Below are positions 10,166 through 19,712 of a stretch of DNA of 64,000 nt, piece by piece (positions within the stretch are counted from its first letter, which is position 1; each line of letters begins with the position of its first letter). The stretch spans positions 492,468-556,467 of the forward strand of contig JAGSHD010000001.1 in the NCBI GenBank assembly GCA_023954715.1, in the 5' to 3' direction. A program made the translations under genes and the position numbers. The DNA is from Candidatus Cloacimonadota bacterium. Its GTDB lineage: Bacteria > Muiribacteriota > UBA6191. The notes below the pieces were generated by a model. It had not been told where the DNA came from, searched no databases, and worked only from the letters and a program-made list of their open reading frames with translations.

Positions 10166-10637
10166 AGAAGTTTTCTTGCTTAGATTTTACAAGTTTTTTA
10201 TATTTCAAATAAACATCGATGCCCTTATTTGCATTGTTCACTATAATAAAGGTATCGAGTTGAACTTTAGGATTATTTTGCCTTACTAATGATACTTCTT
10301 TTTTATCTGAACTACTTAAATTTTTAGATACAAAAGTATTAGCACTATTTAGATAAAACTGAAAAATTTGACCATCTTTTTTTTGTATGGCACAGTAGTT
10401 TCCTTTTTGCTTATCTTTAATAGGATAGAGAATTTTTTGAGCTCCCTTAAACTCTTGCGTTAAAATCTTTAGTATTCGCTTTCCTTGAGAGAAAGCTACA
10501 ATCTCTTCAATTGATTGCTTACTCATTTTAGCGGGAGAGGTCCGAAGATTAGCCACAAGTAAAAATATGATGCCCATGACACCAATACTCACAGCAATTT
10601 CAACCATCGTAAAAGCTTTTTTGTTTAAAGTTTTCAT
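10131..10637 (-). CDS. Prepilin-type N-terminal cleavage/methylation domain protein (pseudopilin/minor pilin)
   Basis: MKTLNKKAF|TMVEIAVSIGVMGIIFLLVA has a short basic leader, Glu at +5 and a hydrophobic helix. It overlaps both neighbouring genes. Confidence 0.75.
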   Translation of the reverse strand: MKTLNKKAFTMVEIAVSIGVMGIIFLLVANLRTSPAKMSKQSIEEIVAFSQGKRILKILTQEFKGAQKILYPIKDKQKGNYCAIQKKDGQIFQFYLNSANTFVSKNLSSSDKKEVSLVRQNNPKVQLDTFIIVNNANKGIDVYLKYKKLVKSKQENFFELFDSVAIHE

Positions 10638-11335
10638 TTAATTACCGCAATATTACCAACAACGGTCTGTAAAACTAAGGATTTAACCTTAGATTGTTGT
10701 AAGGGATTATGCCATTGAACTTCTACTCTGGCATTTTTAGTATTATTAGAGTCTTTGACATTAAGCAATTCAATATTTAGTCTAAAATGCTTTAGCTCCC
10801 CTTTTAAATTAGGAAAATTATCGTCTATCCCCTTAGTCGAGCTTTCAAACAATTCAAAGTACGGACTTAAACCATAAGTTGAGTCTGGAGAAAAACCCAA
10901 AAACTTTTTATGTGTAGGAATATCATCAAGAGCACTAATGGATGAATCTGCTACAACCTTTTCTAAAACTCTATGAGCTACAAAGTGGGCCAAAGTATAT
11001 TTTTTACTTAAGTCTTGGTATTTTGCATTACCAGAAAACAACCCCCACAACGGAATTAATCCTCCTACCAAAATAACCAAGGCCACCATAATTTCAATTA
11101 ATGATAGGCCTTTTTGCCTAGAAGAATTTACTCTATAGAAACCTTTTAACTTAGACCCAAATACAAATGGTTTTACAGGTGCTTTCTGAATAAATAAAAG
11201 CCCATGTTGATGGGCTTTGTATTTTTTATGAACCTCATCCAACTCAAAACCTAGTTTTGACAAAAATTTATGGTTTTGCTTATAACGGAAAAACCAATTA
11301 TAGATGAGTATATAAACTTTAGCGACTATATTCAT
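10634..11335 (-). CDS. Pilin-like protein with unusually long N-terminal leader
   Basis: Internal …RQKG|LSLIEIMVALVILVGG… is a canonical prepilin cleavage/methylation motif, but it sits ~75 residues from the nearest ATG (MNIVAK…, 11335). No ATG/GTG is closer; only in-frame TTG codons at ~11242/11263 remain as alternatives. The track start at 11386 lies inside the upstream gene. Confidence 0.55.
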   Translation of the reverse strand: MNIVAKVYILIYNWFFRYKQNHKFLSKLGFELDEVHKKYKAHQHGLLFIQKAPVKPFVFGSKLKGFYRVNSSRQKGLSLIEIMVALVILVGGLIPLWGLFSGNAKYQDLSKKYTLAHFVAHRVLEKVVADSSISALDDIPTHKKFLGFSPDSTYGLSPYFELFESSTKGIDDNFPNLKGELKHFRLNIELLNVKDSNNTKNARVEVQWHNPLQQSKVKSLVLQTVVGNIAVIK

Positions 11336-12044
11336 GAACTCTTGAAGATGTATGTGCAACAGAACTTTTCCATTGTAGCTTACCATCTTTTGAGGACTCT
11401 GGAAATTTATAATCCAATATATTAGCTATTTTTTTAACTTGTAATGGAGTATCTGTTACTTCTTCTTGAATAGTTACCTCAGCACCTAAAACAATGTTAT
11501 CTGAAGTATTGGTCATTTTTAATAATGTAGGAGTCTTTAAAGATTGCTTTAAATTTTGAATCTCAACCCCATGATCTGACTCCATTAAAGATACTACTGT
11601 ATCTTCTTCGCTAACTGCTACTTTAAACTTAGTTCCTAAAACACCGGCCACCGCCACTGGAGTTTGTACTGCAAAGTTAGAACCCTTTTTTTCAATGAAA
11701 CAATCTGCAACACCCTTTAGAACATTTGCAAAAACTTTAAACTTTTTACCATCTTGAGGCTGCTGCAAAATAACTGTAGTCTCAGGCTCTAAAAACATAT
11801 CTCCATGCTCATGTACATAAAGATGAAGATAAGCATCTTTCGATACAACAATTTTATCTAATGAAAATAACGACCTTTTATTAATATCTGCAGGTAAGAG
11901 CTTTTGTTTGTTTTCAGAGGATGATGGATAATAAAATATCTCTCCAGACAAATTTTTAATGGTAGCTAAAACCGGACTTTTACTTGTTGGATTGTCACAA
12001 CCAGTAAACAATAAAATAAAGGTTAATAAGATAGTCCATTTCAC
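11319..12044 (-). CDS. FecR-domain lipoprotein
   Basis: The GTG start at 12044-12042 is preceded by AGGAG at 7 nt spacing. Lipobox LLFTGC. The central FKVFANVL…FAVQTPVAVAGVLGTKFKV pattern resembles the FecR domain (PF04773) GT+F.V motif. The track ATG start at 12119 has no RBS. Confidence 0.6.
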   Translation of the reverse strand: MKWTILLTFILLFTGCDNPTSKSPVLATIKNLSGEIFYYPSSSENKQKLLPADINKRSLFSLDKIVVSKDAYLHLYVHEHGDMFLEPETTVILQQPQDGKKFKVFANVLKGVADCFIEKKGSNFAVQTPVAVAGVLGTKFKVAVSEEDTVVSLMESDHGVEIQNLKQSLKTPTLLKMTNTSDNIVLGAEVTIQEEVTDTPLQVKKIANILDYKFPESSKDGKLQWKSSVAHTSSRVHEYSR

Positions 12045-12322
12045 GATAGCACTCCTAAGTACAGAATTTACAAAATATTCCTTATTATAAGTATGATAAA
12101 TAGTTAGTAAAAGTGTCAATGCTTTTCTACAAGTATTTACCTAATTATCAATATATTTCACAAATAATAGCGAGACTATTGCTACTGATAGCATATTTTG
12201 AACTGAAAAGAGACAATTTATTGCGATTTTGCGAACACTTTGAACATAGGACTTAGAAAGTGTATATTTCACACAATCCTTCTTAAACTAAAAAACAATC
12301 TTATCCAAATATAGGTAACACC

Positions 12323-14158
12323 ATGAAAAAGCCCTACAAAGACTTACAAGAATTTATTGCAGTACTAGATCAAAACAATGAATTAAAGCGTATTTCTTTT
12401 GAAGTAGATCCATACTTAGAAATCAGTGAAATTTATCAACGACATATTCAATCCGATAAAGGGAAAGCCCTACTCTTTGAAAAGGTGAAAGGTTCAGATA
12501 TTCCTGTACTAATTAACGCCTTTGGCTCATACGAGCGTCTAGCCTTATCTTTTGGGGGACATTCTTTTCAAGAATATGAAAAAGAGATTGCCTCCCTAGT
12601 AGACCTTAAAGTCCCTAACTCATTGGTTGGCGCTTTGAAAAAAGGTTGGGAGCTAAAAGATATATTCAAATATCCTCCTAAACTTTCTAACAAAAAAGCT
12701 CCTTGCCAAGAAATAGTATACACAGGCGATCAAATCGACCTTACTAAATATCCCGTCCTAACTTCTTGGCCCCAAGATGCAGCTCCTTTTATTACTCTGC
12801 CCTTAGTATTTACTAAATCATTAGATGGTTCTCGAAAAAATTTGGGTATGTATCGTATTCAAATTCACGATGAAAAAACTACAGGTATGCATTGGCAGAT
12901 TCACAAAGATGGATCTCATTTTCACCACGAGTATAAAAAAGCTAAAAAGCGAATGGAAGTAGCAGTAGTTGTTGGCTGTGACCCTCAAACTGTTTATTCA
13001 GCTACGGCACCTCTTCCTCCTATGATTTATGAGTTAATCTTTTCTGGGTTTTTAAGAGGAGAAGCAGTACAAACAACCAAGTGTGTCAGTATAGACATAG
13101 AAGTACCTGCTAACGCTGAAATCGTTATAGAAGGTTATGTAGACCCTGATGAACTTTTACCAGAAGGTCCATTTGGAGATCACACTGGATATTACACTTT
13201 AGAAGAACTCTACCCCGTATTGCACGTAACAGCCATTACACAAAAGAAAAACCCTATATATCATACTACTGTTGTAGGTCAGTCTCCCCAAGAGGATTGC
13301 TATCTCGCTTATGCCACTGAAAAGCTATTTTTACCATTATTAAAGATGATTGCTCCTGAGGTAGAAGATCAACATTTACCATGGGATGGAAACTTTCACA
13401 ATTGTCAGGTCTTTTCTATCAATAAAGAGTATCCTTTTCAAGGCCGTAGACTTATGAGTCATATTTGGGGATTTACACAAGCTTCATTTTGTAAGTGTCT
13501 AATTACCGCCTCTGTAGACGCACCTATACAAGACGATCATAAGTTTTTAGACTACTTTTTAGATCATTTAAGAATCAACCATCATATCTTTATAACTGAA
13601 GGAATCGTAGATGCCTTAGATCACTCTGCCCCCCAAAAATTGTTTGGAGGAAAACTCGGAATTGATATTTCGCATGCTATCGAAGGTGAGCCCTGGTTTG
13701 AAGCACAACCCCCTGTTAAGGGAGTACCACCAAAACTAGAATATATGGACCAAGAGCTTGCTATGCTCAACTCTGCAATTACTGGCTTTATCACTTATGG
13801 AATGCAATCTAACAATCCTGTTATGATTCTTAGGGTTCACAAGCGTACTAACCCAAACATTGGGTCTATACTGTCAAAATCTATATTTTCTAAAGCAAAC
13901 TTAAGTTTTTTCAAGATCTTTATTGTAGTGGACGAAAAAAATCCTGACTTAAGCGATGGTCATCGAATTATGTGGCGAATATTTAACAATATCGATGCCA
14001 ACAGAGACCTCTTTTTAAATGAAGACAGAATGTTAATTGACGCCACTTACAAAACAAAAGAAGAAGGATTTAATCGAGAATGGCCTGATGATTTAGAAAT
14101 GAGCGAAGAAGTTATTAAAAATGTTGATAATTATCAAGAAAAATTCGGTATCTTTTGA
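12323..14158 (+). CDS. UbiD-family (prenylated-FMN dependent) aromatic decarboxylase
   Basis: N-terminus DLQEFIAVLDQNNELKRISFEVDPYLEISEI…ALLFEKVKG…PVLINAFGS is the UbiD signature. Length is 611 aa, about 120 aa longer than canonical UbiD. Confidence 0.85.
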   Translation: MKKPYKDLQEFIAVLDQNNELKRISFEVDPYLEISEIYQRHIQSDKGKALLFEKVKGSDIPVLINAFGSYERLALSFGGHSFQEYEKEIASLVDLKVPNSLVGALKKGWELKDIFKYPPKLSNKKAPCQEIVYTGDQIDLTKYPVLTSWPQDAAPFITLPLVFTKSLDGSRKNLGMYRIQIHDEKTTGMHWQIHKDGSHFHHEYKKAKKRMEVAVVVGCDPQTVYSATAPLPPMIYELIFSGFLRGEAVQTTKCVSIDIEVPANAEIVIEGYVDPDELLPEGPFGDHTGYYTLEELYPVLHVTAITQKKNPIYHTTVVGQSPQEDCYLAYATEKLFLPLLKMIAPEVEDQHLPWDGNFHNCQVFSINKEYPFQGRRLMSHIWGFTQASFCKCLITASVDAPIQDDHKFLDYFLDHLRINHHIFITEGIVDALDHSAPQKLFGGKLGIDISHAIEGEPWFEAQPPVKGVPPKLEYMDQELAMLNSAITGFITYGMQSNNPVMILRVHKRTNPNIGSILSKSIFSKANLSFFKIFIVVDEKNPDLSDGHRIMWRIFNNIDANRDLFLNEDRMLIDATYKTKEEGFNREWPDDLEMSEEVIKNVDNYQEKFGIF

Positions 14159-14302
14159 TATACTATCCGCACAGAAATTGATTAAGTTTTGATAAATTTA
14201 ATCTAATGAGACAGGATATCAACTTCCTTGACTAGCCAATTTAATTAATGATTCTTGTCTTATAATTCTAAATACTAATTTTAACTCAATAAAGTAGGAT
14301 TA

Positions 14303-14770
14303 ATGAAAAGCGTTCTATTCGTATGCCTAGGTAATATTTGTAGGTCTCCAGCAGGTGAAGGTGTTTTGCTAAATTATATTCAACGAGATGGTTTAGGCGA
14401 ACAAATCAAAGTAGATTCGTGTGGTCTTGGTAGCTGGCACATCGGCAAAGGCGCTGATATTCGTATGAAAGAAGAAGCCGAGTCAAGACAAATCGACCTT
14501 CCTTCAACAGCAAGAGTTATCACCATCGATGATTTTTATAATTTTGATTATATGATTCCTATGGACCATAAAAATATCTCTCATATTGAAGGAATCTGGC
14601 CTAAAGATGCAACAGCAACCCTTCTACCATTTTGCGATTTAATTTCTTCTCATAAAGTTGAAAACGTGCCTGACCCATATTTTGGAGTTGAAAATGGTTT
14701 CGAATATGTTATGGATCTCATGGAAGAAGGCTGCGAAGAACTACTAACCAAGATAAAAAAAGAGCTCTAA
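14303..14770 (+). CDS. Low-molecular-weight protein-tyrosine phosphatase
   Basis: P-loop CLGNICRSP near the N-terminus, plus a DP motif in the C-terminal half. Confidence 0.85.
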   Translation: MKSVLFVCLGNICRSPAGEGVLLNYIQRDGLGEQIKVDSCGLGSWHIGKGADIRMKEEAESRQIDLPSTARVITIDDFYNFDYMIPMDHKNISHIEGIWPKDATATLLPFCDLISSHKVENVPDPYFGVENGFEYVMDLMEEGCEELLTKIKKEL

Positions 14771-15472
14771 GTGGATTTATCTAAACTGACAGTCCTCATT
14801 ACAGGTAGCAACACCGGAATCGGTTTTGGATTAGTAAAATATTTCATGGAGCAAAAAGCTACTATCATCGCTTGTTGTAGAAAACGTTCGTATTTCAACT
14901 TATTCTATGGAGAATTCGGTGAAAAAACTAACCAGTTACACCCGTATGCTTTTGATTTAAGCGAAAACTTTGATGACTTTCTTATACAAATCAAAGAAAA
15001 GCACGGTTGTCCCGATATTATAATTAATAATGGAGGGATTTACCTTAACTCTGTTGACTCTTTTGAAGATCATTGGGATCGAGTTGAAAAAAGCATGTTG
15101 GTTAATGTAAAAGCACCCATGAAAATAGTTGACTTCTTTCAAAATGATTTAAAAGAAAAGAAATGGGCAAAGATTATAAATATTTCTTCTAAAATGGGTT
15201 CTTTGAGCGATAATACTAGCGGTGGAGTTTTACCCTATCGTATTAGTAAATCATCTTTGAATATGTTAACAATTAATCAAGCACATCAATTTAGCGAGAG
15301 TCACGTAAAAGTTTTTAGCGTTCATCCTGGTTGGATCAAAACAAAGATGGGCGGAGAAAACGCTTTAGATGAAATACAAACAGCTGTACAAAGAGTATTG
15401 GCTTGCATAAACGATAAATTAGACAATCACCACGGACAGTTTATGTTCGGTGAAGAAGTATTACCCTGGTAA
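14771..15472 (+). CDS. Short-chain dehydrogenase/reductase (SDR)
   Basis: TGSNTGIG cofactor motif. YxxxK candidate (YRISK). GTG start directly after the upstream stop. Confidence 0.8.
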   Translation: MDLSKLTVLITGSNTGIGFGLVKYFMEQKATIIACCRKRSYFNLFYGEFGEKTNQLHPYAFDLSENFDDFLIQIKEKHGCPDIIINNGGIYLNSVDSFEDHWDRVEKSMLVNVKAPMKIVDFFQNDLKEKKWAKIINISSKMGSLSDNTSGGVLPYRISKSSLNMLTINQAHQFSESHVKVFSVHPGWIKTKMGGENALDEIQTAVQRVLACINDKLDNHHGQFMFGEEVLPW

Positions 15473-15488
15473 ATTCAGGGGGGATTAT

Positions 15489-16850
15489 ATGAAAAAATCT
15501 TTAAGAGTTTCAATTCTATCACACAAAGAAGAGCAATTTTTAAAAAAACAACTTGTTGGATTAAAAACTCAACAGTTAAAAGCTCTTAGTGAAAATAAGA
15601 TATTAAACGAGTTTTTACTTACAGTTAGTATCGAAAAAGAAGTTGTAGCGTATTCTTCGAACGGTAATGAGATAATATGGGATGCTAGTTCTGGTTTTAA
15701 TCTTAACCTGCAAGACAACTTTTATGACAATTTTGAAGAGGTTTGTTCGGCCTTAAAGGCTTGTCGAGAAGTCTTTTTTGAAGATTATCTATCAGAAGAA
15801 GATCTTACTGACCTTAAAGGGTTAAGCCTAGTATCTGAGTTTAACGATGATAGTAAAGTAAATGATTCCCCTTCTGTTCAAAAACAAGAGCCAGAAACAA
15901 TCATAGATGAAACCCCTACTGATTTAATAGAGCATGAAACAGATACTGCTTTAGAAAGCTCTCCTCAAGAAGATGAAGACCTATCAGACACCATCGATGA
16001 ACCTAGTGATGTTGACTCAGCCCTAGAGTTAGCTGACCAATTAATTTCTGATGCCCAAGATGAAGATAGCTCCCAAGATGACCCTACAGACGAAATCCCA
16101 TCAGATGAGTCCATTGAAGATGCTCTTAAATTAGCTGATGAGATGATTTCTGAAGTAGAATCTATTGAAAGTGCCGAGGAGTCAGAAGCTCCTGAAGCTT
16201 TAGAAACACTCACATTAGATGTGGAAGATGAAGAGTTATCTCTGCCAGAACCAGTTACACAAGAAGAAGCACCTCAAGAAGAAGAACCTCCCGAAGACGA
16301 GATCGACGTAAATAGTTTATTAGATCGTGTCGGAGAATTAGATAAAACTACACTCTCTGGTAGTAGTGAAGATATCGCAGCAGATGAGTTCGCTAACTTA
16401 ACTCCATCTGATGATCATGAGCTCCATGAAGTGCCTGCTGAAGCAGATGAGGAAGAAGAAGTAGATTTACTATCTAGAATTGGTGAAATCGATTCTAATA
16501 CTTTAGCAGATTCTCACGATGATATTCCTGCTGATGAATTTACTAATTTAGCAGCAGTAGAGGAGACACTTCCTGAAGTCGCTGACGAACCTCAACAAGA
16601 TCCTGTGCCAATTGAGCCAGCTGCTGAAGAGGTCGCCCCTCCTGTAGAGGAAACTCCCGTAGTTGAAAAAGAGCTCTCTCCTCAAGAGATAGCCGAAAAA
16701 GCGCAAAGAGACCTAGAAGCAATCACTGAAGAAATGTATGCCATTGGGATGGACGATGATAAAATCGAAACTCTAATCAATGCTGTACAGGATGGCAAAG
16801 CTACTATAGATTTAGTTCGGCAAACCATTGATAAAGTAAAGAGCTCTTAA
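15489..16850 (+). CDS. Highly acidic (Asp/Glu-rich) protein with internal ~50 aa tandem repeat
   Basis: Start moved to the ATG at 15489, which is preceded by AGGGGGGA. The C-terminal two-thirds is D/E-rich. Repeat units are LLDRVGELDKTTLSGSSEDIAADEFANL and LLSRIGEIDSNTLADSHDDIPADEFTNL. Confidence 0.6.
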   Translation: MKKSLRVSILSHKEEQFLKKQLVGLKTQQLKALSENKILNEFLLTVSIEKEVVAYSSNGNEIIWDASSGFNLNLQDNFYDNFEEVCSALKACREVFFEDYLSEEDLTDLKGLSLVSEFNDDSKVNDSPSVQKQEPETIIDETPTDLIEHETDTALESSPQEDEDLSDTIDEPSDVDSALELADQLISDAQDEDSSQDDPTDEIPSDESIEDALKLADEMISEVESIESAEESEAPEALETLTLDVEDEELSLPEPVTQEEAPQEEEPPEDEIDVNSLLDRVGELDKTTLSGSSEDIAADEFANLTPSDDHELHEVPAEADEEEEVDLLSRIGEIDSNTLADSHDDIPADEFTNLAAVEETLPEVADEPQQDPVPIEPAAEEVAPPVEETPVVEKELSPQEIAEKAQRDLEAITEEMYAIGMDDDKIETLINAVQDGKATIDLVRQTIDKVKSS

Positions 16851-16879
16851 TAGACTTTTACCATACATAAATTATTGAA

Positions 16880-16911
16880 GTGCTGTAAGTAAAAATTACA
16901 GCACTTTTTTT
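16880..16911 (+). terminator. Rho-independent terminator
   Basis: GTGCTGTAA-gtaaaaa-TTACAGCAC followed by TTTTTTT. Confidence 0.65.
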
Positions 16912-16933
16912 ATGTACATCAAAATTTGGGCAC

Positions 16934-16969
16934 ATAAAAAAAAGACTCCTTCACGATAAAAGGAGTCTT
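16934..16969 (-). terminator. Rho-independent terminator (for aconitase gene)
   Basis: On the minus strand: AAGACTCCTT-ttatcgtg-AAGGAGTCTT followed by an 8-T run. Confidence 0.65.
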
Positions 16970-17064
16970 CTTTATTAAGAGCTATAAGCTCTTGTTTTTA
17001 ACCCAAATTCAAATGGTTTAACCTATAACGGTAAAACTAATTGTAGATGAGTATATCAAATTAA

Positions 17065-19326
17065 TTAAGCATTTTTTGAAATCAAGTTTAAGGCACTTCC
17101 TGCTTTAAACCAATCAATTTGAGCTTGATTATAAGTATGATTCACTACACAATCTTCTGAGCTACCATCAGATTGCTTTAAAACCATAGTTAATGGCTTA
17201 CCTGGCTGAAAAGTCTTTAAACCAGTAATAGAAATTTTTGTATCTTCTTTTACTTTGTCATAATCTTTTGGATTGTCAAATGTAAGAGCTAACATACCCT
17301 GCTTTTTTAGGTTTGTCTCATGGATTCTGGCAAAACTTCTAACTACGATTGCTCTACCACCTAAGTGTCTTGGCTCCATAGCAGCATGCTCTCTACTTGA
17401 GCCTTCTCCGTAGTTTTCATCCCCTATAGTAACCCATCCAAGATTATTGGCTTTGTAGTGTCTTGCTACAGCAGGAACTTCACCATATTCACCAGTTAAA
17501 CCATTTTTAATACAATTTGTCTTTTCATTAAAAAAGTTAACCGCACCAATGAAACAATTATTAGAAATATTGTCTAAGTGACCTCTAAACTTTAACCAAG
17601 GACCAGCCATTGAAATATGATCAGTTGTACATTTACCTTTAGCTTTTAACAATACAGCTAAATCCTCATAATCTTCACCATTCCAAGGGTCAAAAGCTTC
17701 TAACAACTGAAGTCTTTCTGAATCAGATTTAACAATAATATCTGTAGTTGGACTAGGAGCCGAGGCCTTGATACAACCATGCTCATCCTTAACAAATCCT
17801 TGTGGAGGTAACTCGTTGCCAGCAGGTTCATCTAATAGAACATCGTTACCCTTAGCATCTTTTACAGTATCTTTTATTGGATTGAAATCTAAACGACCAG
17901 AAAGTGCAATTGCCGTAACCATTTCTGGACTCGCAACAAAAGCGCAGGTATCTGGATTACCATCAGCTCTTTTAGCAAAGTTTCTATTAAAAGAAGTTAC
18001 TATAGAGTTTCTTCCTGTTTTCATATCCATTCTGTCCCACATACCTATACATGGGCCACAAGCATTAGTAAGGATTGTTCCACCAAAATCTTCTAAATTT
18101 TTGAGTAATCCATCACGTTCAATGGTAGCTCTAACTTGCTCAGATCCAGGAGAAACAATAAAACCTGTTTTCGCTTTTAGTCCTTTGTCTAGAGCTTGTC
18201 GAATGATACTAGTTGATCTATCTATATCTTGATAAGATGAGTTTGTACATGACCCTATCAAAGCAACACTTACATCACCAGGGTAGTTCTCTTTTTTTAC
18301 CGCTTCTTTCATTTCTGAAATTGGCCATGCTCTATCTGGAGAAAATGGGCCGTTTAAATGTGGTTCTAAATCACTTAAGTTGATTTCGATAACTTGATCA
18401 AAAAACTCAGATGGATTTTGCTCAACTTCAGGGTCAGCTACTAAACAGTCTGCATATTTTTCACAAGTTGCAGCTACATCTTCTCTGAAAGTAGATTTTA
18501 AATATCTAGACATAGAGTCGTCATAAGGAAAAATTGAAGTGGTTGCACCGATTTCTGCACCCATGTTACAAATAGTTGCCTTACCTGTACAAGATAAAGA
18601 TTTAGTTCCTTCACCAAAGTATTCAACAATTGCACCGGTACCACCCTTAACGGTAAGGATTCCAGCTAATTTTAAGATAACATCTTTTGCAGACACCCAA
18701 CCGTTTAATTTACCAGTTAGTTTAACACCTATTTTTTTAGGCCATTTTAACTCCCAAGGCATACCAGTCATAACATCTACAGCATCTGCCCCACCAACAC
18801 CTACAGCGATCATACCTAGACCACCAGCATTTGGAGTATGTGAATCAGTACCAATCATCATTCCACCAGGAAAAGCGTAGTTTTCTAAAACGATTTGATG
18901 GATGATACCTGCACCTGGTTTCCAGAACTCGATGCCATATTTTTTAGATACACTCTTTAGAAAGTCAAAAACTTCTTTATTTTCATCGTTAGCTCTTGCA
19001 AGATCATCCTTGGCCCCAACTTTAGCTTGAATAAGATGATCACAATGTACCGATGATGGTACAGCAACTTGAGTCTTTCCAGATCTCATGAATTGTAATA
19101 GTGCCATTTGAGCCGTTGCATCTTGCATAGCAACACGATCTGGTGATAAATCAGTATAGTCTACTCCACCTTGAAACGCTCTACTCAAATCTCCATCAAG
19201 ATGACTATAAAGAATTTTATCTACTAATGTTAAAGGTCTGTTGACTACTTTTCTAGCTGCCTCTTGTTTGGCTTTAAACTGGGAATAAAAATTTTCCATT
19301 TGTTTCTCCTTATGAGATGATTTCAT
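17065..19326 (-). CDS. acn: Aconitate hydratase (~750 aa mitochondrial-type aconitase family)
   Basis: Conserved aconitase motifs [21 protein letters not shown] and [10 protein letters not shown]. These supply the three Cys ligands for the 4Fe-4S cluster. Length 753 aa. Confidence 0.92.
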   Translation of the reverse strand: MKSSHKEKQMENFYSQFKAKQEAARKVVNRPLTLVDKILYSHLDGDLSRAFQGGVDYTDLSPDRVAMQDATAQMALLQFMRSGKTQVAVPSSVHCDHLIQAKVGAKDDLARANDENKEVFDFLKSVSKKYGIEFWKPGAGIIHQIVLENYAFPGGMMIGTDSHTPNAGGLGMIAVGVGGADAVDVMTGMPWELKWPKKIGVKLTGKLNGWVSAKDVILKLAGILTVKGGTGAIVEYFGEGTKSLSCTGKATICNMGAEIGATTSIFPYDDSMSRYLKSTFREDVAATCEKYADCLVADPEVEQNPSEFFDQVIEINLSDLEPHLNGPFSPDRAWPISEMKEAVKKENYPGDVSVALIGSCTNSSYQDIDRSTSIIRQALDKGLKAKTGFIVSPGSEQVRATIERDGLLKNLEDFGGTILTNACGPCIGMWDRMDMKTGRNSIVTSFNRNFAKRADGNPDTCAFVASPEMVTAIALSGRLDFNPIKDTVKDAKGNDVLLDEPAGNELPPQGFVKDEHGCIKASAPSPTTDIIVKSDSERLQLLEAFDPWNGEDYEDLAVLLKAKGKCTTDHISMAGPWLKFRGHLDNISNNCFIGAVNFFNEKTNCIKNGLTGEYGEVPAVARHYKANNLGWVTIGDENYGEGSSREHAAMEPRHLGGRAIVVRSFARIHETNLKKQGMLALTFDNPKDYDKVKEDTKISITGLKTFQPGKPLTMVLKQSDGSSEDCVVNHTYNQAQIDWFKAGSALNLISKNA

Positions 19327-19712
19327 CTCTTCAAATTAAACTACAATTATTTGATTTCTTTGGCCAAAATCAAGTCTGTATCTAATTTGAATATCACATT
19401 CTGAGTATAATCTGACTACATTTGGCGTGCAATTAACTCGCGAGCATTATACACTCTTTATATCTTTTTCTCAATCAAATGACTCTACAAAAATCAAAAC
19501 AAAGCATCTCTATTGACTTACCTATATTTTCTTAAGATTGATCTTATAGCAATATCATTTAAAGACTTTACTTGCTAAGATCTTTCTACTTCACTCAAGA
19601 TGACGAAGTTTTGTGGTATAACCATTATTATATACAGAATAAACAGTAAAACCATTTGCAATTGGGTATAGATGCTTTTAGTATATTCAAAGCCCTACAA
19701 AGGATATAAATT

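Noticed and set aside
15965-16213. 82 aa Ser-rich minus-strand ORF
   Set aside because: It is antisense to the acidic-protein gene. Its Ser-rich translation is the mirror image of the GAx/GAT-rich sense strand.
17768-18880. 154 aa and 113 aa plus-strand ORFs inside the aconitase gene
   Set aside because: Antisense to a highly conserved aconitase. Typical long shadow ORFs.
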